The translations under genes and the position numbers were made by a program. Shown here in pieces: positions 28,206-37,903 of a stretch of 64,000 nucleotides of DNA (its first letter is position 1; each line of letters starts with the position of its first letter). Source of the stretch: Candidatus Pacebacteria bacterium UBA1364 (lineage in GTDB: Bacteria; Patescibacteriota; Microgenomatia; UBA1400; PJMF01); NCBI GenBank assembly GCA_002306345.1, contig DBRQ01000009.1:85197-149196 (forward strand), in the 5' to 3' direction. A model generated the notes under the pieces. It did no database searches. It was not told the origin of the DNA and saw only the letters and a program-made list of their open reading frames with translations.

Positions 28206-30428
28206 ATGAAGAATCAATTTAAAGCTGGGGTTTGGCAGAAAGAAATTAATACCAGAGATTTTATTTTAAATAATTTAACTCCCTATGATGGTGATCAGTC
28301 TTTTCTAGTAGGGCCAACCAAAGCGACCAAAAAATTATGGGAGAAATCGAGCGAACTATTGAAACAAGAAATTAAAAATGGTGGTGTCTTAGACATTGAC
28401 ACCAAAACCATTTCGTCCATTGTCAGTCACAAACCTGGTTATTTAGACAAAAGTTTAGAAAAAATTGTTGGTTTTCAAACTGACGCCCCATTGAAAAGAG
28501 CGATAAAACCGTATGGTGGAATCAGGGTCGTTGAAGCTGCTTGTGAAGAAAATGGTTATAAAATTGATCCACAGGTGGTGGAAATTTTTACTAAGTATCG
28601 CAAATCTCATAATGACGGTGTCTTTGACGCTTACACTAAAACCATGCGTCAATTGCGTTCAACCGGTATTTTGACCGGTTTGCCAGATAATTATGCTCGT
28701 GGTCGTATTATCGGTGATTATCGTCGCGTAGCTCTTTATGGGATTGACCATTTAATTGAAGCCAAAAAAGCGGATAAAGAGGCTTTAGATGGGGTAATGA
28801 CCGATGATTTAATTCAATTACGCGAGGAGGTCAGTGAACAAATTAAGGCTTTAGCAGAAATGAAAGAGATGGCAGCTACCTATGGTTTTGACATTTCTCA
28901 GCCAGCCACGAATGCCAAAGAGGCTATTCAATGGACTTGGTTTGGATTTTTGTCAGCACTTAAAGAACAGGACGGGGCGGCCATGAGTTTGGGGAATGTT
29001 AGTTCATTTTTTGATATTTATATTGAGCGTGATTTAAAAAATGGGACTCTCAACGAGGTAGAGGCTCAAGAATTAGTGGATCACTTTATTATGAAGTGTC
29101 GTTTTATTCGTCATTTGCGCATGAATGCTTACAATGAATTATTTGCTGGCGACCCCACTTGGACAACCGAAGCCATTGGTGGTTTTTTTGCCAATGGTCA
29201 GCACAAAATTACCAAAACTAGCTTTAGATTTTTGCAAAGCTTATACAATATTGGGCCCGCTCCAGAACCAAACTTAACCATTTTGTGGTCAGATAAGTTA
29301 CCAAAGGGTTTTAAGGAATTTTGTGCTCAGGTTTCCATTGATACTTCATCGCTACAGTATGAAAATGACACGCTGATGAGAGAAGTGAGCAGTGTTGACG
29401 ATTATTGTATTGCCTGTTGTGTTTCAATGATGGAAACTGGCAAAGAAATGCAGTTTTTTGGTGCGCGCTGCAATTTAGCCAAAGCTTTATTACTAGCTCT
29501 AAATGAAGGCCGTGATGAAAAAACTGGCGAATTGATCGTGCCCGACATCAAAAAAATGCCTAAGGGGCCAATTGATTACCAAGAATTTAATAAAAGATTC
29601 AAAAAAACTGTTGCTTATTTGGCCAAAGCTTACGTTAATACTATGGACGTGATTCATTACATGCACGATAAATATTACTATGAGCGCGCCCAAATGGCTC
29701 TTATGGACACTAAAGTCAAAAGAAACATGGCTTTTGGAATAGCCGGTTTAAGTGTGGTAGCTGATTCTATTTCGGCAATTAAATTTGCCAAAGTAACCGC
29801 CACGCGTGATAAAAATGGTTTAACCCAAGAATTTAAAATCAAAGGTGAGTTTCCAATGTATGGCAATGACGACGACAGAGTGGACGCAATTGCTCAAAAT
29901 TTGGTGAAAAACTTTAATCAAGAATTGGCTAAACAGCATATTTATCGTCATGCCACACCAACTTTATCAGTTTTAACTATCACTTCCAACGTGGTTTATG
30001 GTCATAAAACTGGAGCAACTCCAGATGGACGTAAGGCTGGCGAGCCTTTTGCTCCGGGAGCTAATCCAATGCATGGTCGTGATCATTCCGGCGCTATTGC
30101 TTCTTTAAATTCAGTTGCCAAAATTGATTACCGCAACGCTCGCGACGGCATTTCTAACACTTTTTCCATTGTACCAAAAACACTTGGTGAAAATAAGCCA
30201 GCGCAAATTAAAAATCTTTTAGCAATGTTGGATGGTTATTTTAATAAAAATGCTCACCATTTAAATGTCAATGTTTTAAATCGTGAAACTTTATTAGATG
30301 CCATGGATCATCCAGAGAAGTATCCACAATTAACCATTCGTGTCTCTGGTTATGCCGTCAACTTTATTAGATTAAGTAGAGATCATCAAAGAGAAGTCAT
30401 CGCTAGAACTTTTCATGAGAGTATGTAA
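28206..30428 (+). CDS. pflB: Pyruvate formate-lyase (formate C-acetyltransferase)
   Basis: Active-site CC (IACCVSMM) and glycyl-radical motif RVSGYAV near the C-terminus; 740 aa. Confidence 0.95.
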   Translation: MKNQFKAGVWQKEINTRDFILNNLTPYDGDQSFLVGPTKATKKLWEKSSELLKQEIKNGGVLDIDTKTISSIVSHKPGYLDKSLEKIVGFQTDAPLKRAIKPYGGIRVVEAACEENGYKIDPQVVEIFTKYRKSHNDGVFDAYTKTMRQLRSTGILTGLPDNYARGRIIGDYRRVALYGIDHLIEAKKADKEALDGVMTDDLIQLREEVSEQIKALAEMKEMAATYGFDISQPATNAKEAIQWTWFGFLSALKEQDGAAMSLGNVSSFFDIYIERDLKNGTLNEVEAQELVDHFIMKCRFIRHLRMNAYNELFAGDPTWTTEAIGGFFANGQHKITKTSFRFLQSLYNIGPAPEPNLTILWSDKLPKGFKEFCAQVSIDTSSLQYENDTLMREVSSVDDYCIACCVSMMETGKEMQFFGARCNLAKALLLALNEGRDEKTGELIVPDIKKMPKGPIDYQEFNKRFKKTVAYLAKAYVNTMDVIHYMHDKYYYERAQMALMDTKVKRNMAFGIAGLSVVADSISAIKFAKVTATRDKNGLTQEFKIKGEFPMYGNDDDRVDAIAQNLVKNFNQELAKQHIYRHATPTLSVLTITSNVVYGHKTGATPDGRKAGEPFAPGANPMHGRDHSGAIASLNSVAKIDYRNARDGISNTFSIVPKTLGENKPAQIKNLLAMLDGYFNKNAHHLNVNVLNRETLLDAMDHPEKYPQLTIRVSGYAVNFIRLSRDHQREVIARTFHESM

Positions 30429-30440
30429 GGCAAGTTTGAG

Positions 30441-31175
30441 ATGTTAAAGATTCATTCATTGGACACCTTTGGTACTCATGATGGACCAGGCATTCGTTTG
30501 GTTATTTTTGTACAGGGGTGTCCATTTCGTTGTGTTTATTGTCACAATCCTGACACACAAGCTTTAACGACTGACAAAATGCAGTTGCTTGATACGGCAG
30601 AAATTCTTGAGCTTTTAACGAAAGAAAAAAGTTACTTTGGGGTAACTGGTGGTTTGACGATTTCTGGTGGTGAACCCACTTTGCAAGCACCAGCTCTCAT
30701 TGAACTTTTTAGAGAATGTCATCGACATGGATTTAATACCTGTTTAGATACTTGCGGAGCTATTTTTAATCAAACGATTAACGAACTTTATGATTTAACT
30801 GACATAGTAATGCTTGATGTTAAGCACATTGACCCAATTTGGCATCAAAAAATTACCCAAAATAACAATGAAAACGTGCTTGCAAATGCTCTTTATCGAG
30901 AAAAAAGTGGCAAAGAGCTGTGGTTGCGCTATGTTTTGGTTCCGGGTTGGAGCAATCAAGTAGAATATTTAGAGGCTTGGGCTAAATATTTTGCTGATTA
31001 TAAATCTCTAAAAAGAGTGGAAATTATTCCCTACCACAAATTAGGAGTTTTTAAATACGAGGCTTTAGGCAGAAAATATGAATTAGAAGGGGTGCAACCA
31101 CCAAACGGAGAAGAAATTGATCAAGCTTTAATAATTTTTAGTAAGTATTTAGGCAATAAGGTTGTGGTAGTATAG
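30441..31175 (+). CDS. pflA: Pyruvate formate-lyase activating enzyme (radical SAM)
   Basis: GCPFRCVYCHN CxxxCxxC cluster motif, 244 aa, immediately after pflB. Confidence 0.93.
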   Translation: MLKIHSLDTFGTHDGPGIRLVIFVQGCPFRCVYCHNPDTQALTTDKMQLLDTAEILELLTKEKSYFGVTGGLTISGGEPTLQAPALIELFRECHRHGFNTCLDTCGAIFNQTINELYDLTDIVMLDVKHIDPIWHQKITQNNNENVLANALYREKSGKELWLRYVLVPGWSNQVEYLEAWAKYFADYKSLKRVEIIPYHKLGVFKYEALGRKYELEGVQPPNGEEIDQALIIFSKYLGNKVVVV

Positions 31176-31202
31176 TCCACAAATACTAAATAGAAAGAAA
31201 AT

Positions 31203-33296
31203 ATGAATTTAGATGTCCTCTTTTATCCCAAATCAATTGCCATTATTGGTGCTTCTAGTAGAGAGAAAACAGTTGGCAACGATGTGGTAAAGAATTTGGT
31301 ACAGCAAGGTTATCAGGGAAAAATTTATCCCGTTAACCCTAAAATCGATCAACTTTATGGGCTTAAGGTTTACCGAGATGTTGATGATATTGAGGGAACA
31401 GTTGAATTAACGGTTTTTGCCATTCCAGCTAAATTCGTAGCACAGGAGGTCAAGAAAGTAGCTAAAAAAGGTGCTCAAGCCGCAATCGTTATCTCTGCTG
31501 GTTTTAAAGAAACAGGTAATGTGGAATTAGAAGAAGAATTGGCAGCCACTTGTAACAAATTAGGTATAATTTTAGTTGGTCCAAACTGTTTAGGTTCAAT
31601 CAACGCCGAATATCACATGAACGCTTCTTTTGCTGCTATTATGCCACCAGTTGGTGATGTGGCCTTTTTATCACAGAGTGGGGCCTTATGTACTGCTGTT
31701 TTGGATTATGCCAAAGATTTGGGAGTTGGATTTTCTAAATTTTTGAGTATTGGCAATAAAGCCGCTTTGAACGAACTTGATTTGATTAAATATTTGCATG
31801 CTGATCCAAAAACTAGAGTTATTTGCTTATATACCGAATCACTTAATAATGCACCTAAATTAATTGCAACCCTTAAAGAATTAAATCGTGGTGCAGGAGC
31901 GACTCCTAAGCCGGTGATTATTCTTAAATCTGGTAGAACTGCCGCTGGGGCTGGAGCAATTGCCTCGCACACTGGTTCATTAAGCAGTGGCGACAGCGCT
32001 TATCAAGCTTTGTTTGCTCAAGCTGGTATCATTCGCGCCAATAGTGTGAGTGAACTTTTTGATTTAGCTCAAGTTTTTTCTATGAATCAGATGCAAAAAG
32101 TTGAGACAGTCACCATTATCACTAATGCTGGTGGGCCAGGTGTTTTAACCACTGATGCGGTGATTGAAAGTGGCTTGCAAATGGCGGAATTAGCGCCAGA
32201 AACTGTTACTAAACTGCGATCTTTTTTACCCGCCTCAGCCAGTACCCACAATCCAGTTGATGTTCTAGGAGATGCAGTGGGCGAAGTTTATGAACAAACT
32301 ATCAACGCTGTGGCGCAAGACCCCAACACAGATGCCATAATTGTACTTTTAACGCCGCAATCAATGACTGAACCCGCTAAAACTGCTAGCGCCGTGGTTA
32401 AGATGCGTCGCGTGAGTAAAAAACCAATTATGGTGAGTTTAATGGGTAAAGCTTTAGTCGCGGCTGGGGTGAAAATTTTAGAAAAAAATCAAGTGGCAGT
32501 CTCTGCTTTTCCAGAACCGACGGCTCAGGCTCTAGCTAAATTTGCTCAATTTAGTAATTGGAGTCGAGAGAAAAACGAAGCTTTTTTAAGCTATCAAGAT
32601 GTCGATAAGGTCAAAGTGGCACAAATTTTTGCTAAGGCTAAAAGCCAAGGTCAAACTTCTTTTCCAGAAGCAGAAGCAATGGAAATTATGAAAGCCTATA
32701 ATTTTCCTTTGTTAAAATCAGCTATTGCTAAGAGTCCACAAGAGGCTTTAGCAATTATGCAAAAATTTAATTGTCAGGCAGCGATGAAGATTGTTTCCCC
32801 AGATATTTTGCATAAAAGTGACGTTGGCGGAGTTAGTCTTGATGTAAACACTAAGAATGTGATCAACGAATATGAGGCGATGATGACAAGAGTTGCCCAA
32901 AACAAACCAGAAGCAAAGTTGAAAGGTGTACTCTTAATGGAAATGGCGCCCAAAGGAGTTGAATTGATTCTTGGTATTAATAAAAATACTTTGGGAACCA
33001 TGCTCATGTTTGGTTTAGGGGGCATTTATGTAGAAGTCTTTAAAGATGTTAATTTTGCTTTTGCTCCGCTCACTAGAACAGATGCTTTACGTTTAATTAA
33101 TAGTCTTCGCTCTAGTAAATTACTTGAAGGTGTTAGAGGTGAGGCAGCTGTAAATAAAGAGAACATTATTGAGGCCATTGGTCGTTTATCTCAATTAGTG
33201 ACTGATTTTCCAGAGATAGTAGAATTAGATATTAATCCTTTATTGGCAACTGCATCTGGTGCTAAAGTGCTTGATGCTAGAATTGTGATAGAGTAG
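31203..33296 (+). CDS. ADP-forming acetyl-CoA synthetase (fused alpha/beta, ACD/NDP-forming acyl-CoA synthetase)
   Basis: N-terminal CoA-binding fold (IAIIGASSREKTVGN), phosphohistidine loop IASHTGSL, and a C-terminal ATP-grasp domain; 697 aa. Confidence 0.88.
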   Translation: MNLDVLFYPKSIAIIGASSREKTVGNDVVKNLVQQGYQGKIYPVNPKIDQLYGLKVYRDVDDIEGTVELTVFAIPAKFVAQEVKKVAKKGAQAAIVISAGFKETGNVELEEELAATCNKLGIILVGPNCLGSINAEYHMNASFAAIMPPVGDVAFLSQSGALCTAVLDYAKDLGVGFSKFLSIGNKAALNELDLIKYLHADPKTRVICLYTESLNNAPKLIATLKELNRGAGATPKPVIILKSGRTAAGAGAIASHTGSLSSGDSAYQALFAQAGIIRANSVSELFDLAQVFSMNQMQKVETVTIITNAGGPGVLTTDAVIESGLQMAELAPETVTKLRSFLPASASTHNPVDVLGDAVGEVYEQTINAVAQDPNTDAIIVLLTPQSMTEPAKTASAVVKMRRVSKKPIMVSLMGKALVAAGVKILEKNQVAVSAFPEPTAQALAKFAQFSNWSREKNEAFLSYQDVDKVKVAQIFAKAKSQGQTSFPEAEAMEIMKAYNFPLLKSAIAKSPQEALAIMQKFNCQAAMKIVSPDILHKSDVGGVSLDVNTKNVINEYEAMMTRVAQNKPEAKLKGVLLMEMAPKGVELILGINKNTLGTMLMFGLGGIYVEVFKDVNFAFAPLTRTDALRLINSLRSSKLLEGVRGEAAVNKENIIEAIGRLSQLVTDFPEIVELDINPLLATASGAKVLDARIVIE

Positions 33297-33392
33297 ACAA
33301 CAGACTTGTGGTGCAATAAAAATAAAGTTTCCTTATTGATCGATTATTTTATTTCGCTACAAGTCTAATCTGGTGTTATAATTATTTGACTT

Positions 33393-34529
33393 ATGAAGTC
33401 GGCTATTTACGCTTTTTCTGGCGACCCCATTACTTTTGGGCACATTGATATTATTTGTCGTGCGGCAGCGGTTTTTGATCGTTTAATAGTGGCTATTGGT
33501 GTTAACCCAGCTAAAAAATATCTTTTTTCTCAAGAAGAAAGAGTCGAAATGGCCAGACGATCATTACTTAACTTAAAAAATGTTGAAGTCAAGCCTTTTA
33601 CTGGTTTATTGGTAGATTTTGCTTATGAAAATAATATTGATGTGATCGTCAAAGGAGTGCGCAGCGGGGCCGATTTTGAATATGAGCGTGGTTTACATAA
33701 TTTAGGTGATAGTCAAAAACTTGGAATTGATACGTTTATTCTTTTTGCTAAACCAAGTTTAGCTCACATTAGCTCGAGCGCTGTTAAGGATATTCAAAAA
33801 GAACAGGGTTTGATTCAGGATTATGTGCCGGCTTACGTTAAGCAATGTGTTGAAATTAAGCTTAGTAGTCAGTACATCGTTGGTTTGACTGGTGAGATTG
33901 GCGCAGGTAAATCTTACGTTGGGCAAAAATTAGTAACTTTTGCCAATGCTTTGGGTTTAGAAGCGCACAACATTGATCTTGATTATCTAGCCAGACAAAT
34001 TCAAACTGATCTTCAGGAAGAAAAGTACGCGCTTGTACGCAGACAAATTATCAATGCTTTTGGAAAAAAAGTAACTAATTTAGATGGTACTATCAATCGA
34101 AAAGCTTTAGGAGAGATAGTGTTTGCTGATCGTAAAAAATTAGATCAACTCAACGAAATTATGGCCACTCCAATTTTGGTGCGTTTGCGTCACGAACTAA
34201 AAGCAAAAAAGGGCTTAATTTTTCTTAATGCTGCTTTATTAGTGGAGGCTGAAATGAGTCGCTTAGCTAATTATAATATGATTTTGTTGTCGGTTGATGC
34301 AGCAACTCAAGAAAAAAGATTGTTGGCCAGAGGGCTTAACAAAAAGCAAATTGAAAGAAGACTGAAGAGTCAGTATGATTTTGCTAGTAAGAAGGCTCTT
34401 TTGGAGCAAGAAATAAAGCAAAATCAACATGGTCAGCTTTGGTTTTTAGCTAATCAAGCTGCCAGCGACCAAGAAATTAAAAATCTACTTCAAGACATTT
34501 TAAGCTATTTTAAAATTGCAGTTCAATAG
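33393..34529 (+). CDS. Bifunctional phosphopantetheine adenylyltransferase / dephospho-CoA kinase (CoaD-CoaE fusion)
   Basis: The N-terminal ~160 aa is collinear with CoaD (SGDPITFGHIDII, VKGVRSGADFEYE, ISSSAVK). The C-terminal half has the CoaE P-loop (VGLTGEIGAGKSYV). Confidence 0.88.
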   Translation: MKSAIYAFSGDPITFGHIDIICRAAAVFDRLIVAIGVNPAKKYLFSQEERVEMARRSLLNLKNVEVKPFTGLLVDFAYENNIDVIVKGVRSGADFEYERGLHNLGDSQKLGIDTFILFAKPSLAHISSSAVKDIQKEQGLIQDYVPAYVKQCVEIKLSSQYIVGLTGEIGAGKSYVGQKLVTFANALGLEAHNIDLDYLARQIQTDLQEEKYALVRRQIINAFGKKVTNLDGTINRKALGEIVFADRKKLDQLNEIMATPILVRLRHELKAKKGLIFLNAALLVEAEMSRLANYNMILLSVDAATQEKRLLARGLNKKQIERRLKSQYDFASKKALLEQEIKQNQHGQLWFLANQAASDQEIKNLLQDILSYFKIAVQ

Positions 34530-35277
34530 AAATTGGGCAATGATCTGAACCCTGTACTTGATTGTGAATGTCCGCTTTTTGCAGGTTTTTTTTAAGATTT
34601 TGACTGATGAAAAAATAATCAATTCTCCAGCCGACATTTCTGACTCTAGCTCCAGAGCGTTGACTCCACCAAGTATAGCAATTTTTTTCCGTTGGATGTA
34701 AGGCACGAAAACTATCTACAAAACCAAGTTGTATTAATTGATCAATCCAAGCTCTTTCTTGCTTAAGAAAACCGGAAATCAATTGATTTTCTTTTGGTCT
34801 AGCTAGATCAATTTCTTGGTGAGCAGTATTAAAATCTCCACAAATAATAATATTTTTTTCTGTTTTTAAAAGTTCTCTAAGATAATTAAGTAAAAAATTG
34901 CAGTAATCCATCTTATATGCCAATCTTTCTGGAGAAGCTTTACCGTTTGGAAAATAAATATTAAATAAAGTAAAGTTGTTGTATTGACTAATGATGGTGC
35001 GACCTTCACGATCAAATTTATTTTCAGCTAAACCAATTTGTGTGGCGATAGGTTTAATTTTAGAATAGGTAATTACCCCGCTGTAACCCCTTTTTTCTGC
35101 ACAAGCAAAATAACTTTGGTAAGCAGAAACTTCACTTAAATCAAAACTTAATTGGTCTACGGAAATTTTGCTTTCTTGTAAACAAACAATGTCAGCATCT
35201 AAATTTTCAAGCCAGCTGAAAAAACCTTTTTTGGCAATGGCACGAATACCGTTCACATTCCAAGAATAAATCTTCAT
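34510..35277 (-). CDS. xth: Exodeoxyribonuclease III (AP endonuclease)
   Basis: MKIYSWNVNGIRA start, LQE, GDFN, and SDHCP C-terminal motifs. The ORF extends to 35313 but the conserved N-terminus begins at 35277. Confidence 0.9.
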   Translation of the reverse strand: MKIYSWNVNGIRAIAKKGFFSWLENLDADIVCLQESKISVDQLSFDLSEVSAYQSYFACAEKRGYSGVITYSKIKPIATQIGLAENKFDREGRTIISQYNNFTLFNIYFPNGKASPERLAYKMDYCNFLLNYLRELLKTEKNIIICGDFNTAHQEIDLARPKENQLISGFLKQERAWIDQLIQLGFVDSFRALHPTEKNCYTWWSQRSGARVRNVGWRIDYFFISQNLKKNLQKADIHNQVQGSDHCPISIELQF

Positions 35278-35311
35278 AATATAAAGATTATAGCGTATAT
35301 TTGGAAACGGC

Positions 35312-36166
35312 ATGAATGAATATGATTATTTAGTTTTATTAACTCTAACTTACAGCAGTTGTTTTTCCTTTGCTTTAACTGAAGACGAAGTCATCAAACG
35401 ATTACCAAAACCTCCAAAAGAATTATTATTTTCAAGTAAAAAAATCAAAAAGTCACTAAAAAAATTGGTAAATCAAGGTTTGGTTCAAAGTGATGATCAA
35501 TACTTTTATCTGCGAAATCAAGATTTAACCAATAGAAAAAAACGTATTAAGTTCATGGCTGAAAAACAGTTAAAAATCAATGAATTTGTTAAATTGGCGA
35601 GTAAAATTCCGTTTATTAAAGCAGTTGTTTTAACTGGTTCGACAGCTGTGAATAATGCTAAGAAAAATGATGACTTGGATTTTATGATTATTTGTCAAAA
35701 TAATACACTGTGGTTGAGTCGTTTTTTATTGATCATTTTAACTAAATTAAAGCATAAAAGACCTCATCAAGGACAAAATAACGCCTGGTGTTTTAATATT
35801 TTGTTAGATGAAAACGATTTAGTTATTGGTGAAGAAAGAAGAAGTCTCTATGAAGCTTATGAAATTTTGCAGATGGTTTTTGTTTTTGATCGCGATCATT
35901 ACCAAACAAAATTTCTCAATGCTAACGAATGGTTAAAAAAGTACCTATTTTTTTATGATAATTTTAAGTTCGAGACATACAATAAAACAATGTCTTTTTC
36001 ATTACTTAATCAAATTTTCTTTTGGTTGCAGCAAGGATATCGTTTGATTGCTTTTGGACAAGAGGATTTTTCTCTTAGTCCTTCACAGGCGTTTTTCAAT
36101 CGATTGACTTTTAGAGCCAAACTTTTTACTAAGTTAAGGAGAAGATTAACTGATTTTAATATGTAG
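35312..36166 (+). CDS. Hypothetical protein with Pol-beta-type nucleotidyltransferase motif
   Basis: 284 aa with VLTGSTAVNNAKKNDDLDFMII (GS...D.D pattern), preceded by a wHTH-like segment. Confidence 0.6.
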   Translation: MNEYDYLVLLTLTYSSCFSFALTEDEVIKRLPKPPKELLFSSKKIKKSLKKLVNQGLVQSDDQYFYLRNQDLTNRKKRIKFMAEKQLKINEFVKLASKIPFIKAVVLTGSTAVNNAKKNDDLDFMIICQNNTLWLSRFLLIILTKLKHKRPHQGQNNAWCFNILLDENDLVIGEERRSLYEAYEILQMVFVFDRDHYQTKFLNANEWLKKYLFFYDNFKFETYNKTMSFSLLNQIFFWLQQGYRLIAFGQEDFSLSPSQAFFNRLTFRAKLFTKLRRRLTDFNM

Positions 36167-36177
36167 AGTAAAAGGAA

Positions 36178-37566
36178 ATGTTAAATTTAGCAAAAAAGCT
36201 ATTTATTTCCGCAGAAGTTTGGCAAGGTGATAATAAAAGTAAAGCCTATTTTTTGAATTCTGTTAATTTTATTTTAGTTTCTTTTTTCTCACTTGTGCTT
36301 ATTATTCAATTTTCTAATGAAATATTTTTTGCTCATCCGGCTAATCAAAAAAATTTTCTTTCATTATTCTTTCTTATTGTTGCCTTGAGTTTAACAGGAT
36401 TTTTAATTAAAAAAGGTTCAATTCGTTTTGCTACTTTTTTAACAATTGGTTTAATATTGATTTTTTCTTTTGAGAATAGCTTTATTTTAGGCATTAATAC
36501 TTATGGTATTGATATCCTTTATTCATTGGCTATTTTAATTAGTGCTGTTTTAATTAATTTCAAATTTTCTTTTTTTATATTTTTGTTTATTTGTTTCGGT
36601 TTGTCTTTAATTTATTTTTTACAAAATGGCCATTCTTTTACAGATAATTTACTTTGGGAAAACTTTTCGTTTATTTTTGCCAATTTATTAACAATCTTTC
36701 TCTGCTTTATTTTAATTCTTTTTGTAGCCTGGTATTTTTCTAAAGAAACTGAAAAATTTTATAAAAGCAATAAAAAATTAAAACATAAATTAAAACTGCA
36801 AAATGATCATCTTGAAATAATTGTCAAAAATAGAACAAAAGAACTTGAAACCTTGCAACTAAAACAACTAATTAAAGTTGCTCCACTTTTAGATTTAGGT
36901 AAATTATCAATAGGGTTAGTTCATGATATTCGGGAATCTTTAGCAGTTTTAAGTATTGTTTTGCAAAATGCTCAGGAAGACAACAATGTTGTTTCCAATT
37001 TAGATAAGGCTTTTTTAGCTATAGATAGGATTGATGATCTTTCTAAGATGACTGTCTGCAAAATTTTTGATGAAGCAGAGACTGATGTTTTTAATTTAAA
37101 TCAAGAAATTGAGAAATTAATTAGCCTATTTGACTATAGGGCCAAGTTGAAAAGAATAAAAATTATTTTTAAACCAAACAAAGAATTTGAACTTTATTCA
37201 GATAAAAGTAAATTAAATCAAATTTTGTCTAATTTAATTTTAAATGCTTTAGAATCTTATGATAATTCTGATCAAAGTGATCGGTGTGTTTTTATTAAAT
37301 TGGTTAAAAAACCTAGAAACTTATTAATTATAGTTAAAGATTATGGAGTTGGGATTAGCAAAGAAAACTTGCCACACATTTTTGAACCAAAATTTTCTTC
37401 CAAAGATGAAAGACAATCTTTGGGGCTTGGTCTCTATGTTAGTCAAGAAGCAATGAGTAAAATATATGAGTCAAAAATAAAAGTGGAAAGTAAGGTCAAT
37501 TGTGGTTCGACTTTCACTGTTTTGATTAAGAATAAATTTATTATTAATGCATTGTCCAAAAAGTAA
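36178..37566 (+). CDS. Membrane sensor histidine kinase
   Basis: About 6 N-terminal TM helices and a coiled coil. H-box LVHDIRESL, N-box LSNLILNALES, G1 DYGVGI, G2 GLGLY. Confidence 0.88.
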   Translation: MLNLAKKLFISAEVWQGDNKSKAYFLNSVNFILVSFFSLVLIIQFSNEIFFAHPANQKNFLSLFFLIVALSLTGFLIKKGSIRFATFLTIGLILIFSFENSFILGINTYGIDILYSLAILISAVLINFKFSFFIFLFICFGLSLIYFLQNGHSFTDNLLWENFSFIFANLLTIFLCFILILFVAWYFSKETEKFYKSNKKLKHKLKLQNDHLEIIVKNRTKELETLQLKQLIKVAPLLDLGKLSIGLVHDIRESLAVLSIVLQNAQEDNNVVSNLDKAFLAIDRIDDLSKMTVCKIFDEAETDVFNLNQEIEKLISLFDYRAKLKRIKIIFKPNKEFELYSDKSKLNQILSNLILNALESYDNSDQSDRCVFIKLVKKPRNLLIIVKDYGVGISKENLPHIFEPKFSSKDERQSLGLGLYVSQEAMSKIYESKIKVESKVNCGSTFTVLIKNKFIINALSKK

Positions 37567-37590
37567 CATAAATACAATGATTCTCAAATT

Positions 37591-37677
37591 TCTTTTGCAT
37601 TTTTTTCTTTTGCATTTTGATATTTCTAATGCCTAATATTTCTAATACTTGCAATGATTTTTAATTTTTGTTAAATT
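37591..37677 (+). promoter_or_regulatory. Two pairs of direct repeats followed by a sigma70-like promoter
   Basis: TCTTTTGCATTTT at 37591-37603 and 37606-37618. ATATTTCTAAT at 37620-37630 and 37636-37646. Then TTGCAA (37649-54), a 17-nt spacer, and TAAATT (37672-77). Confidence 0.5.
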
Positions 37678-37682
37678 GAGTG

Positions 37683-37830
37683 TTGCTGTGGAATGTAGTG
37701 TAAATCTACAACTGTGCCGCAACGGTGATTCCTTTTAAGGATTAGTCCGGTCTTCAGCAAGAAAAATCTTGACGAGCATCGAGTTAAAGTTTGTTTTTAT
37801 ACATCGATGCTCCCTAAAGGGAGCTTTTTT
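37683..37830 (+). ncRNA. Candidate structured leader RNA (riboswitch-like/attenuator) or small RNA, class unknown
   Basis: P1 is UUGCUG(37683-88)/CAGCAA(37755-60) and encloses three hairpins at 37694-37710, 37715-37727 and 37728-37743. A 9-bp helix follows, GAGCAUCGA(37774-82)/UCGAUGCUC(37804-12). Its 3' arm overlaps the terminator stem. Confidence 0.55.
37809..37830 (+). terminator. Intrinsic terminator
   Basis: GCTCCC-TAAA-GGGAGC followed by TTTTTTGTTTT. Confidence 0.8.
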
Positions 37831-37903
37831 GTTTTAAGAGAGGCACAGCAATTATTTGTTAAGGCTTTAGAGTTATACTCTTTTAGGCCAAGAAAGGTTT
37901 ATC

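Noticed and set aside
33303-33372. Long-range complementarity AGACTTGT...ACAAGTCT after acd, considered as a terminator or leader for coaDE
   Set aside because: It is an 8-bp stem closing a loop of about 50 nt with no U-tract. It cannot be distinguished from chance in AT-rich sequence.
37683-37830. Possibility that the structured RNA is SRP (4.5S), 6S, tmRNA or a T-box
   Set aside because: It lacks the SRP domain IV GGAA/AGCA motifs, the T-box AGGGUGGNACCGCG core and specifier architecture, and the tmRNA tRNA-like ends. It is also too short for 6S.
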